DNA of 64,000 nt, from contig NW_003314348.1 in the NCBI RefSeq assembly GCF_000143415.4, positions 376,227 through 440,226 on the forward strand, read 5' to 3'. Below the pieces are notes generated by a model. The model ran no database searches. It was given only the letters and a program-made list of their open reading frames with translations, and was not told the DNA's origin. Both the position numbers and the translations under genes were made by a program. Shown here in pieces: positions 51,801-62,267 of this stretch. Every line of letters starts with the position of its first letter. Within the stretch, counting starts at the first letter, position 1. Source of the DNA: Selaginella moellendorffii. Lineage: Eukaryota > Plantae > Lycopodiophyta.

Positions 51801-52015
51801 AAGGCAACAACAACATTTACCCCGACGACTATCTCTCCTCGTTCAATAGCAACCACATTCCCATCGAAGACAGTCTCTACTGATACAGCAGCATTGCCTT
51901 CCCCAAGCCTTTGACAGTGTATAACAAAGTTCCGATCCATAGACACAAGGGTCCCTTTTGCAACTCTCTTCCCACCATTCAAAATGTAAACCTTTTCCCC
52001 AACCCTGAAGGCCAT
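48866..52015 (-). CDS. Sola-like (DUF7869-type) DDE transposase, C-terminus disrupted by a gypsy-derived filler
   Basis: 918-aa ORF with CCKRRCC, VCMKAWRIIY, HGN, FSKCDEC, IIHDKMDQ, LQTDNAGSENKN, FLMVGHTHEDVDAMFS. The native tail resumes at ~49100 (RWVLNPRDP...RVQ), intron 48901-48952, last exon GEQSESESEEA* (48866-48900). Confidence 0.85.
49103..49291 (+). mobile_element. ~190-bp Ty3/gypsy pol fragment (RNase H end/linker)
   Basis: Colinear with 21230-21418 (GATGGTCAAACTCAT...AATGTGGTGGCA...ACATTACAAACA...). Confidence 0.9.
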
Positions 52016-52380
52016 TCTGAAAGTGCAGAAAAGAAGTTAAGACCATACAAAAAATGATTGGAGAATGGCCTAAATCATAACATACCAAACAACCTAACTA
52101 GCATGAGGCCACATGCCATTATTCAAACATGCTATTGACACCCACATGAAATTTCGCATTCACAAAATTGGCATGAGGCCTCATGCCATCTTGATATACA
52201 CACAGCTGCAGGCAAGTAAAAACATACATGACAATACGCTAGCCATGAAATTGCAAGGGCCCAAGATGGCATGTGGCCTCATGCCATTTCTAAATGTGGT
52301 CCTAAACCATTCCATGGTGAACATACCAGGAAGCACAAGTGCCGAATATCAAGAGGAAGCGGTAGCCACACCAAAGACAG

Positions 52381-52452
52381 TGCCGCTCGCAACACCGCAA
52401 CTACTCGTAGCGCCGCTCGCAACACCGCAACTGCTCGTAGCGCTGCTCGCAC
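52381..52452. repeat. 30-bp tandem repeat (~2.4 copies) in the transposase leader
   Basis: CCGCTCGCAACACCGCAACTRCTCGTAGCG repeated. Confidence 0.85.
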
Positions 52453-53300
52453 AAACTGCCACTCGCATAAACTACCGCTCGCAATGGCGCTCGCAATGCC
52501 GCAACCGCTCATAGACGCATAAACCACAGCTCACAACGCCGCTTACACAAGCAGCGCTCACTGCGCTCAGCGGAACCAAGAACACGGCGCACAAAAATGA
52601 TAGACCTAGGAATGAGTTCGAGAATTCAAAAATAACACACGCTTGAACATCACATCAAATCCTCTGACAAACCAGATCTTATGATTCCTCTGACAAATTT
52701 CAAACTGAGTAGCTTCTAGACTTTGCTGTCGGAGGTTGAACTTTGTCACATCATGTCCTTGTCTCGATCCAGCTGTGCCATGTCAGTGATTCGAACTTTG
52801 CCATGCCATGTCAGCGATCCGCGCCAAGATTATTCGCCGTGTAAAGGAATAATTATGCTGTGTGTGTACGTCCATTTATGGCAATATAAGGCCACACGCC
52901 ATTCAAAGAATAATGCTAGTCGAGCATTTTTTGGTGCATTTTTGGGTTCAAAATTGCATGAGCCCACACACTATAAAGTTTACCTGTACCAAAAATAGAA
53001 ACAGCTTTATTTACTTGGGAATTTAAGTGGTTGAGGCGTACAAACACATGCCCTACTTACATTCATTTGGTTGCTTAAAATTCAAAAATATTATAAACCT
53101 TTCTTTTTGCATTTTCAATGTTTTCAATTATGGTTTTTGATTTTCGCAGGACCAGCCTAGTAATTTATTTGCATCCCGTCATGTTTATAGCTAGCTTTCG
53201 TTTGTCCCCTTCGCTGGCCTGAGATACATCTGCTCAGAATCTGCGTCTTACAGCATTTGCCCAGAAAGGGCATCTTTCTTCACGCAGCATTTGCCACATG

Positions 53301-53325
53301 TTTAGGGTTAGGGTTTAGGGTTTAG
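53301..53325. repeat. Short telomere-like / telo-box tract
   Basis: TTTAGGGTTAGGGTTTAGGGTTTAG. Confidence 0.8.
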
Positions 53326-54452
53326 CAATTCAGTAGCTTGATAAACATGCAAATACAGAACTTGATGCAAAATCCTTTGATATGTCACAATGCCCCTAGG
53401 ACCATAAACACATTTCAATAGAGAGGGTCCTTTCATTTCATAACTCCTTACGTAGATCTTGGTGAAACCAGAGTTAGTGAAGTTGGTTTCTTGTGATCTC
53501 GCATCTGATCATTGTAAGGCTCGTGTGGTCTCATGTGGTGTTCGATCGAGATGCTTCTTTGCAGGGTCATCAAGAAGGACATTGTATACCATTCTATAAA
53601 ATCTAGTTGCGATCTAACGGTTGGATCTCCAGGAAACTCAAAACAATCTCGCGCGTGTCAGAATATTCTAGGAATATACTCCTATGTGCTCCTGAAAATG
53701 GCATGCGACCCCATGCCATTCAAGAGATAACGCCAGATGACGCCAAGCATTTTTTGGTGCATTTTTTGGGATCAAAATTGCATGAGCCCACACGCTTGAA
53801 CGTCACATCAAATCCTCTGACAATTTATTTAGCTGAACATCTGGCATTTTTGGAAATATAAGATGCTTTGGAATATCCAATCATGCATGGTATAAATATA
53901 GCGAGGGTATTAAATGATATCCCAATCATGATCTTTCTTTTGGATTTCGCGTGCATGCAGTCCGAGGAATGATGACGTTGTGGATTTCTTTTGGATTTCA
54001 CGCATGCGCGCGCCGATCCAGAAATTAATGGTGGCGCCCAAGTCCGAGGAATGATGACGTGGCGGGATTACCAACCGTCGTGACATTTCGCGCATGTGAG
54101 GTTAGGTTTTGGATTTTGCTTCGTACTCGCGCTCGCATCGTGCTCCCACTCGCGCTCCCACTACTCTACAGGTTTCTCGTGTGCAGCGGCGTCCACTTGC
54201 GCTTGCATCACACTCGCGCTCGCATCGCGCTCGTGTGCATCGGCGTCCACTTCAAGACACACCCAGTTTGTAACTTCGCCGCCAACTCCGCCGCCCACTC
54301 CGCCACCCACACGCAGCCCACTTGGCGTCCCGGGAGATTTCAGCGCCACTCTCCAACTGTAAGTGGCAGAGTAGCCTTGCTGCTACGATCCGCTGCACAC
54401 ACAGTGCACATTCGCCAGCGAGTCCGGTTGTCACGCCTCCATTCGGCTTCAA

Positions 54453-57400
54453 ATGGTAAGTCTTTTAGGCCAAGTAGAAAATGGCATGAGGCCACATGCC
54501 ATTCAGTAGCAACATTGGCATGCACCGATTGGGCTCTCGAGTGCAGTCCGGTTACAGATGGCGTGAAGCATCACGCCATCTTAGGATGCAGCCTCAAGAC
54601 ATCTGATGCAGTGGTGAATGGCGTGTGGCCTCACGTTATTTCCAGCTACTAGCTTTTCATCTGTCAGCTCTAATTGTTGTGCATTTCTGAACAGGCGAGG
54701 AATTGCGTTCTTCTTCCAGCCACTGTCAATGTGGATGCAGAGAAGGGGGAGGAGCTCACCAGTTGGACTTTCGGGATGGAAGGCGAGGATCTGAGGCTGT
54801 ACAACACAGATGGTGGGAGAAAAGAATGCATGGGGATCCTCATCCAAGTGACAGACACTCCATGCAGTTCCATGCAAGAATATGGACTGGCACTTGTGGT
54901 AGAGACAGCGTCTGCCTTCAAGATCCACCTTGCACATCCTAGCGGCTTCCCGGAGGGGGGCAGTGGCTATGAGGAATTCCTAGAGGGAGCTAGGGAGAGG
55001 TTGTCTAGGAGGCCCACAATTTCAAAGACGCTGCGGGTCTATGAAGATCACATGGAATCCACGGACCTCACCTACGGCGATGTTCAAAAACTATATTCCA
55101 ACATTGAGCCGTTGAGAGTGACTCCAGTTCGCGAAGCAAAGGGGAAGGGGGTCGATCTGGAAACTACCTCGAAGCAGAAAAGGGTGGTCAAGCTCAAGCC
55201 GACGTCCGACTCTCCTGCTCCAAAAAAGAAGCTACTCAGTGATGCCATTGCCTCGGGTTCGAACACTACACCCACCAAAAAGAAGAGCCGCAAAGAGCAG
55301 AAAGAGCAAGAAGAGGCAGCAAAAATCGTCGCAAATAATAGTACTTGTTACTATTCCAACAATGTATATACAATCGACGTGAGCCGTATCGACATCCAAA
55401 GCAAATACAACCACAGGCTAGTATCTGATGAGTGGGTGGAGAAACTGAAGCAGAAGATGCTGGCAAGTCCAGTAACACCTGACATTGCAGACGTGATCCC
55501 CTACTACCGAACAATGAAGGGCGAGACGAGGTTTCCAGACTTGATCAATAGGAAGGTGTTGGACGATCAGAACATCCGGTTCTATGCCGTCTCCGGGCAG
55601 CATTCTAGCTTGGCGATGCAAGAGATAGTTGTGGATATTATGGTGGGCGAGGAGGTGAAGAAAGTCTTCAAGACAAGAGTTGTCCGCCTGATAAAAGGCA
55701 ACTCGCCCCTCCGATCTATCATATACATCTCCCACGCGCAGAATGTCAAGCAAGAAACGTGCTACAAATCGGGTCTGCACGAGACATTGGCACGAACACG
55801 GAAGCTCTGGGTTCAACTGAAGAAGCCACAAAAACCAGGACAAGGACGTGCACTAGCAACTAGCGCCTGGCAGGTAAGCCTCGTTGCATGTGGCATAGCA
55901 TGTGGCCTCACGCCATTTCCATTGCAGGAATTCTCGAGTCTTCTCTCGAAAACACTGGGGGTCAATGACACACTCAGCATCCATAACATTCTACTCGCGA
56001 CAAAAGTTGTTTTTGACAAATGGGTAGATGTGCTGAGGAGGTACCATGACGGGGAGTTGCCAAACTCAATGGGTGTGGAGGACGGCCGGAAGCCCAATGA
56101 TTTGAAGCTCAACGCCTTGCGTTTCTCGCGGTCTCTAGACGACGACGACCTTCTGACAGTGGCTAATGCTCTTCTACGTGGTGAGGTTGTCTTCAACAAG
56201 ACCAAAATGACTCCCGGCCATATTGTGACATACGAGGACTTGTGCACGACTCTGAGAGCTCGTGCGCTATTGAAGGATTGGATCTTCGAGCAAGTGGCCG
56301 TGGCGAGGGTGAGCATCGACACCACGCAAGAGATGATGGAAGCGCTGGAGTTGTCAAATGAAGACATCGACGAGTACGTGAAGGGGGCCCCCAAGTTCAT
56401 CGATCTGCTGCGGGATGCCACGAAAAGTAAAGCTGAGAAGTTGGATCAGTATCCAAATTTCATTAAGATTGATGTCGACCGCCGGCTTCAGAAACAGCTC
56501 GACCCCGCAGCAGAGGCCTATCGAGAACCTTACCGGGTATACTTGAATTCGGATGAGGATCAAAGGTGGAGGAGCATCGTTTCCCGCGGAGATGAGCAGG
56601 TCAAGAACATCTTTTGTGTGATGGACTTCACAAACGAGGAGATCACTCATGCAGACGAAGTCAGCTCCATCATTGACTTAATGGTGGGACTTGCGGAGGT
56701 GGAATCTTCAGTCCACTATATGATCTACGACTCCGAATCCTATCACAAGTTCTGGAAGGCCTTGAACGAGGTGAAGGCTCGGTTGAAAGGCAAGGAGATG
56801 CGGGAGATCCATGGGATAATGGCTAAGAAGAAGATACCGACGAATGTCCGCATCTTCACACTCGCCCTTGTTATTGGTCCTGCAGCAGAGTGGGACTGGA
56901 GTGACTTCTCAGCTTCGTTCGACAAGGCCAATCGAATTGATCTGAGGGAGGTCAATTTACCCGTGCCTGAGGAACTGAAGACGGCTATGGAGCTTTCGAA
57001 TCCAAAGAAAGCTCCAGGTGCAGCATGGGAAATGCTCAGCTGGGTCTTCAACGCAATAGCGGGTGGGTCATCTGCTTCCGACTCCAAGGGCAAATGCGTT
57101 GTCGAGTACAACTGCGGCGGACTATTCTTTCGAGCCGCACTACTCAAGGGTGTCCCTTGTGTTGCGGTGACAAACTCCATTGAAGAGGTGACTTCAATGG
57201 AGCATATAATTACAGTTGCCAAAGAAAAACAGTATCTTCTCTGTGAACCTGGTGAGTACACACTTTAAGTTTAAATGTTATCTCACAAGCTCTGTATGCA
57301 GGAGCGTGGCCACCCCCAGATGCTGAAACGGCGTTAACAGCTACTGTTGAAGATACCCATGTTGGGCCGAGCTCACAACTTGCACAAGGTAAGGTCACAT

Positions 57401-60075
57401 GAGGCCTCACGCCATTTTGATTATAGATCGTTGTGAATATTCAGACACGAGGACTGAAAAGCGCACTGGTGGCGCATCGAAGAAGGACAAACAGACAAGC
57501 AATAGGAAAAAAGGAGGTACAAATTATATTTGCAATGGCGTGTGGTCTCATGCCATTCCTTGCAGAAGAAACTTCTTCAAAGGCAAAACAGGCAAGCACC
57601 AGCCAAGCTCAAACTGACAGTGGTCATAAAAAGTGAAAGCACGTTGGACAGTCGTCGAGATCAGAGGCGTTTGATTCGAAAAGGAAGAAGGGCAACGAAA
57701 AGATGATAGGTAATGCCTCGCGGTTATGGCGTGTGTGCTCATGCCATTCATTGCAGATCAAGGGCTGAGTGAAAGCAGGCAGTCACCACCTCATGACTCA
57801 GATTCCTATGGCGGACTCCCCTTCCCCAATCTCAATGGAGAGGTACAATGGATGAGGGAAGCTTTTCAAGGCAGGGCCACGTTTTTCTCATCTCGTCGTC
57901 TTCGAAGGGTGCAAGAACGTGCAGAAACCATGTTAAGACAGTCGGGTGAGGATACGGTCCTAGGTCACGCACTAAAACAAGCTATGGATGTCTTGTATTT
58001 TGAGATGGAGACTCGGCCAGATGATTTTCCCAAGATGGTCCTGGAAGAACAAGCCATCCAGCCTGAGCAGCCTATGGAAGAAATGCAGGAGGGGGATGAG
58101 GAGCCAGAGAAAGATAATGAGCAAGAAGAGCAGAAGGACGAAGAGGAGGACAAAGAAGAGGAGGACAAAGAAGAGGAGGACGAAGAGGACTTGGATGGTC
58201 CTCACAATGGTGACGATCACAATAACGACGACGACGATGATGACGACGATGGCCAGCCTGAGGTGGCCAAAGAGCGGCGGAGGAAGGTCATACAAGACAA
58301 ACCATCAGGTAAATAATAATACATCCATTCCTAACCTTTTACCATTTCTAACATTGTCCATGTAGGTCGCAGAGCAAATGGTAAGTAGAGATTATTCAGT
58401 TGAATTTACAAACTCTAGCCTTTAGTGTCGAGGAAGGATAGTGCCAAGCAAGGGTCGAAACGTATGTCCAATCCTTCAGAATCAGCAGTGCGCTCAAGTG
58501 ATATCGGTCCTAGTTCCTCAATAGCAGTTGATGGTAAATACAGTATAGTCGATTCAATGTGCTAATGAGTTTGTTTTTAGTAGCACGGGAGGATACCATC
58601 TCAATCGAAGGGAGATATTTGGACATGCATATGGATCCGCCAGTGGACTCTACTTGGCTGCAAGAGTCATCAGAGCTGGTGGAGGCTACTATCCATATCA
58701 ACGCCAAGCAAGCTGACCACGCTCCACTTGATGCTGCCCATACCACTGAGTCAATCTTGTCCACGTATCCAACTGACGGTGACCAGGCGCCATTAGACCC
58801 ACATGAGGCCGCCCCAGCCGCCGAGCCGGTCGTATCCTCATTTCCAATAGACTCAACGTGTGCCCAATCGTCTGACTACGCGCCGTTGGAACCTCCCTAC
58901 ACCGCCCCTGCTGCTTGTTCGGTCATGTCCACTTTGCCAACGGAGGCACCAGCTGAAATGGCGTGTGATCACACGCCATCAAAACCACCCCATGCCACTG
59001 TTGAGCCAGTTGTACCAGAGTCTACAGCTGAAATGGCATGTGCCCACACGCCATCGGATGCGATTGACCCCACATTGCAGAGGAGAGTATTTCCGCCCTT
59101 CACGTTTCCTCGACCAAAACCCTCTCAACGACCATCGAGAGCACCATTCGCTAATATTGTAGATGGTAAAATTGACTTGTACCATTTTTTATGCTGACGC
59201 ATTTTATTTCAGAGTCACGGCGAAGGTACTGTATCGTTTTTGATCTGAACGGTGTCCTTTTCTCCCATGAGCGTGGCTCGTCCTCGAATGTCATTGCACC
59301 CTCCAAAGCCTGCGGTCGCAAGTTGGTCAAAAGAGACAGATTCACATTAATCACACGGGAGAAACTGCGGGATCTAATAATGACCATGCGACACTTAAAA
59401 CAGAGGGCCGGGTTCAATTTGCAATTGGGAGTTTGGACATCCATGATGCGCCACAATGCATTAACGTTGCTACAGATGATGCACGATCAGACGCGAGTAA
59501 TATTACCATTTGACTTTCTCCTAACGCAGGAGGATTGCTTGACTATGGTCCATGTGAGGGGTAGCAAGCCCATCTTCGTCAAGCCAGAGGCTGTAGTGAT
59601 GAACCGGACTGCTAGCTCAAGTGAAATCCTCATCATCGATGACTCGCCGATTAAAACTGCAGCGAACACGCACACATATGCAGTGCACCCCATCTCTTGC
59701 AGTATGGAAACTAGGGAGAAGAAACCGTATGTTCTGGGGGACCTTGCAAAACGGCTTGGAGCGATGGTGATAGAGAACCGGCCAGTCCAGGAGGTGGCTG
59801 CAGAAATCAACCAAATGGCAGATGGAACGGTATATCAGAAGCCATTTGATCGGACAAACACCAGTCATCATTTATGGCATGTATATTGTCTAGCCAAGCA
59901 CTATCCGCATCTCCATAATCTGCTCAACCGGATGGGTTCTTCGACCACTGAACATGAGCGTGGACGTATTAGAGAAGAGATGGCATTACTATTGGGTTTA
60001 AATCCTGATAGTGTGGAGAGTGATGAAATTCCAAGATTATTGTATAGGCGTTGGAGGCAAAAAATAACAGTCTGA
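54453..60075 (+). CDS. Transposon accessory protein: ParB/DGQHR-like + degenerate N4/N6 methyltransferase-like + acidic linker + FCP1/SCP-like HAD phosphatase; multi-exon, one in-frame TGA (57634-57636)
   Basis: Long exon ORF 54694-57251 with in-frame 54-bp intron 55874-55927. Downstream exons link through ~45-56-bp phase-1 GT-AG introns (57252-57301, 57389-57444, 57517-57565, 57710-57756, ...) to the last exon 59213-60075. Motifs NHR..W.EKL..K, FYAVSGQHSSLA, GKCVVEYNCGG..AALLKG, IVFDLNGVL, GVWTS, LIIDDSPIK. The 5' micro-exons are uncertain. Confidence 0.72.
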
Positions 60076-60570
60076 GATGGCATGTATTTATTTAAAAATG
60101 TAACTTATTATGGCATGGTGTTCCATGCAATTGTATTAATATTAAAAGACAATTCTTTGAGAGGATTTGCATTATACTAGAAGTGTTACAGCATGTTATT
60201 GGAAGTCTACGAAGTTGTTTTATTAATAATGGGAAAGTAAAGATTGAATGGGGACTTGGGCTCCACCTAGACTCGGAGCAACTGAGCCAATATTAAAAGG
60301 ATGGAAAGAAATTGGACGACGATGACAAGGAGAAGAGAGAGGTGAAGCAGTGGCAGGGGGAGGAGAAGTGATTGAGTAGACATTTCCTTGTTTAAAATAA
60401 AATGGCATGTGCCTCAATGCAGTTGAATTTTGTTATATTTATATACTATATAAAGGTTTGGAAACCTTATTTTACAAGTGGGATAATGACAATTCCCACT
60501 TTAACGAAATAGAGCTTCTTACAAATTTCTTCCATTTAATAAAGAGCCCCTTAAACAAACATACCATAAA

Positions 60571-61392
60571 TGTTGCAAATGTGACTTTGGGTATTGAAAA
60601 ATATTTGTCGGTGAGTCCTTACAATACTCTTTCCTTACTGCCATGACAGCAAGATATTGGTACTGCTAGTTCCCATCATCAACCCCTCTTGTTTAAGTGT
60701 TAATAAATTGGATTTAACATTTGTACTTAGCCAAATAAACATAAGGTACGAACTTCTATGTGTTTCTAGCTGAGCATTCTCGGTCTAGCTTTTAATTCTT
60801 TTTTGCTCTGTCTTGCACTGGTTTGGCAAGAACCCTCACATATTGAGTCTAGTCCTTGAATATCATTATATGATAACTTACCGTATCTACCAAACACCCT
60901 CGCTATCATGCCTTTTGTGTTAGTCTCGTTTCGGTCACAAATGCTATTTATGGAAAGTGTCTAAATTTGCTCATTTGGCATATTTACAGAATGTAGAGAT
61001 TGTCCTGAACACAATGGTGTTTGTCCCATATTCAAATTCACAATCTAGAAAGATTCCAAATTTAATAAGTTTTGAGCTTGTCCCACATACTAACTCTTGG
61101 TATTGAAGGAGGCTTGGGGTGAAAGCTCAAAACATGTGTTCCTCATTCCTCAACGGGGGGGGGGGGGGGGGGGGTTCCAAATGTATAGTAGGGATAGTGG
61201 TTGGAATGCACATCCAACCATTTAAAACATTAGTTTGGCTTTTGCTAGGTTGTGTTGATCTTTGTTTTGCTTCTGGCTTGGGTCTAAGCCTAAGCTCCAT
61301 ACTGCTCTATTCAATGGGGTACCCTCTTCCTCACATTAGGCCACTGGTATTCCAAAATAGTGCCAGAGATCATCTAACACCATTTTGCGTGT
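60571..61392 (+). repeat. Older truncated family A LTR
   Basis: TGTTGCAAATGTGACTTTGGG... colinear with 17463-18290 at lower identity. Confidence 0.85.
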
Positions 61393-61449
61393 AGGTGTTA
61401 GATATGGAGAGCTAGTACTCATGAGATTGTACTGGACCCTCATTTTGTA

Positions 61450-62230
61450 GTGCAACAGGCTTGGAGTTTGACTCCAAATTCAAGTGCGCTATAATAAAAT
61501 TGAGAAAACAGAATAACACCAAGTCATCCACTTTATACTCCATAGATGGATGATGATAAAAGTTGTAACACCATTGTTATCCCATTTATATGCAGCCCAA
61601 GTATTTGGCAAACTTGGTTGGATTAGTGGAAGAATGCTTGTCAAATACTAATCTTAAAACCTAGCATAGGCAGCTCATAGCAATCATGAAGGTAAACTCA
61701 ACTCTATTGACAATATTGGAATGACGTACTCTTTACCAATATTTGACTATAGAGAAAGCTTTATTAGATTAAATGCCACTAACTCAAACAAATAGAAAAT
61801 TGTAATTGACTCTAACTGTCTTTCCATAATATGAACGGGAATATTACAAGCTTGGCACTAAACGCAACTACACATATACTAAATAATATCATATCACATC
61901 TCTGGGCTACAGAAAAATTTATGTAGCTTCTCAATCACCTTCTATTAATGTTCGAGAACCATGTAGATATACATAAAGTTTCTCAAGTTGCTACTAAACA
62001 CCTCTTTTATGAAGTAATTCACTTTTATTAGTTGTAACATATAATTGATATATGTAATAGGATGGTGTTGACCAGGCATACTTGGGCTCTATTGCATCAA
62101 CACACCTCCAAGACCAATACTAAAAGTATCTATACCCAAAATAAAAAGTTGAGTATAGTTAGGATATGTCAAAATTGGAGGAGTTGTCAATAACTCTTTG
62201 AGATCTATAAATGCCTGCTCATAATCTATA
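61450..62230 (-). pseudogene. Decayed Ty3/gypsy RNase H/integrase remnant
   Basis: EQAFIDLKELLTTPPILTYPNYTQLFILGIDTFSIGLGGVLMQ matches the RT-RNase H tether pattern. Confidence 0.75.
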
Positions 62231-62267
62231 GACAAAATAAAAGACAATATTGACAACTTCAACAATG

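Larger units (their letters stand above)
48476..60422. repeat. Dispersed 22-bp palindrome family ATGGCRTGWGGCCWCAYGCCAT (~20 copies)
   Basis: Copies start at about 48476, 48792, 48845, 50195, 50252, 52098, 52168 (perfect 20-bp core), 52266, 52878, 53698, 54481, 54558, 54618, 55895, 57394, 57535, 57726, 58958, 59033, 60110, 60402. Confidence 0.92.
48250..60517. mobile_element. 12.3-kb cut-and-paste DNA transposon (Sola-like DDE transposase plus accessory gene)
   Basis: Perfect 24-bp TIR AAGCTCTATTTCGTTAAAGTGGGA (48250-48273; reverse complement at 60494-60517). 4-bp TSD CTTA (48246-48249, 60518-60521). The uninterrupted homologous site is visible in the second LTR copy at ~62265-62300. Confidence 0.93.
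46558..60523. mobile_element. Family B solo LTR (~1.7 kb: 46558-48249 plus terminal CA at 60522-60523) split by a DNA transposon
   Basis: Starts TGTGAG and reconstitutes to end CTTACA. Flanks AGTTT (46553-46557) / AATTT (60524-60528) form a 5-bp TSD with 1 mismatch. Inverted homolog at 62268-64000. Confidence 0.8.

Noticed and set aside
48476-60422. CRISPR-like interpretation of the palindromes
   Set aside because: Spacing is irregular (tens to thousands of bp), copies lie in introns and exons, and there are no cas genes.
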